From NCBI RefSeq assembly GCF_020969955.1, contig NZ_JAHDSX010000077.1:1-6057 (forward strand): a stretch of DNA of 6,057 bases, written 5' to 3'. The translations under genes were made by a program, and so were the position numbers. The stretch comes from Allobaculum fili. Its GTDB lineage: Bacteria > Bacillota_I > Bacilli_A > Erysipelotrichales > Erysipelotrichaceae. The notes under the pieces were generated by a model, which saw nothing but the letters and a program-made list of their open reading frames with translations, was not told the DNA's origin and searched no databases. Of this stretch, positions 5,945-6,057 are shown one piece after another; positions within the stretch are counted from its first letter, which is position 1; the number at the start of each line of letters is the position of its first letter.

Positions 5945-5991
5945 TGTCAAGGACACGATAATTAGAGAGAACCCTTTGTTCGGACACGTTA
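5945..5991 (+). repeat. Imperfect direct repeat TGT-N3/4-GGACACG-W-TA (two copies)
   Basis: Copy 1 is TGTCAAGGACACGATA (5945-5960) and copy 2 is TGTTCGGACACGTTA (5977-5991). The GGACACG cores at 5951-5957 and 5982-5988 are 31 bp apart. The region is non-coding and lies after the sbcDC terminator. Confidence 0.35.
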
Positions 5992-6023
5992 TCCCTATTA
6001 TCTGTTTGTCTGTTGTTTGAGCA

Positions 6024-6041
6024 GGATTTGTGAACAAATCC
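6024..6041. repeat. Perfect 8+8 inverted repeat with 2-bp spacer (GGATTTGT-GA-ACAAATCC), function unknown
   Basis: The two arms are exact reverse complements. Neither strand has a flanking T-run, so it is not a terminator. It sits 1-2 nt before possible ATGs at 6043 and 6051 at the window edge. Confidence 0.5.
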
Positions 6042-6057
6042 GATGAAGCGATGCGCT

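Noticed and set aside
5705-6037. 110-aa minus-strand ORF with a TTG start downstream of sbcC
   Set aside because: It crosses the sbcDC terminator hairpin and overlaps the sbcC 3' end. It has a TTG start inside a palindrome, no SD, and an odd W/F/S-rich composition.
6024-6041. Rex- or CRP/FNR-type operator reading of GGATTTGTGAACAAATCC
   Set aside because: Rex (TTGTGAA-N4-TTCACAA) and CRP (TGTGA-N6-TCACA) need longer spacers between half-sites. Here the TTTGT and ACAAA arms are separated by 2 bp. It is kept only as an unassigned palindrome.
1-6057. Search for CRISPR arrays, IS or transposon terminal inverted repeats, integrase or recombinase genes, tRNA or rRNA, and known defence-island signatures
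   Set aside because: No regularly spaced repeats, long terminal inverted repeats or cloverleaf-capable segments were found. The SbcC/SbcD pair carries the housekeeping zinc-hook architecture, with no accessory defence-type domains.

Overview
All five supported genes are on the + strand, in three transcription units that each end in a clear hairpin plus T-run terminator. (1) 248-811 is a classical rubrerythrin, with a diiron four-helix domain and a C-terminal rubredoxin-like 2x CxxC. (2) 993-1852 is a compact two-gene cassette of 88 aa and 198 aa joined by an ATGA overlap. I could not assign either protein to a family by eye. (3) 2004-5760 is sbcD-sbcC, the Mre11/Rad50-type DNA-end and hairpin nuclease, with every catalytic motif readable and a 14-nt overlap between the genes. 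I see no rRNA, tRNA, CRISPR array, IS or transposon ends, integrase, or long repeats. The region looks like ordinary chromosome from an anaerobe, but the taxon cannot be determined by eye. The only real candidate for something undescribed is the orphan cassette next to sbcDC. Its first gene has promoter-to-ATG spacing that fits a leaderless mRNA. The two products share a short aromatic-YAW-basic motif near their C-termini, and the larger one ends in an acidic tail. Any functional link to SbcCD is inference from adjacency only. Secondary observations are a nested-hairpin leader just upstream of the sbcD ribosome-binding site, a minus-oriented terminator with no visible minus-strand gene, and repeat and palindrome motifs downstream of sbcC. 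The long antisense and alternate-frame ORFs in the track are judged to be shadow ORFs.
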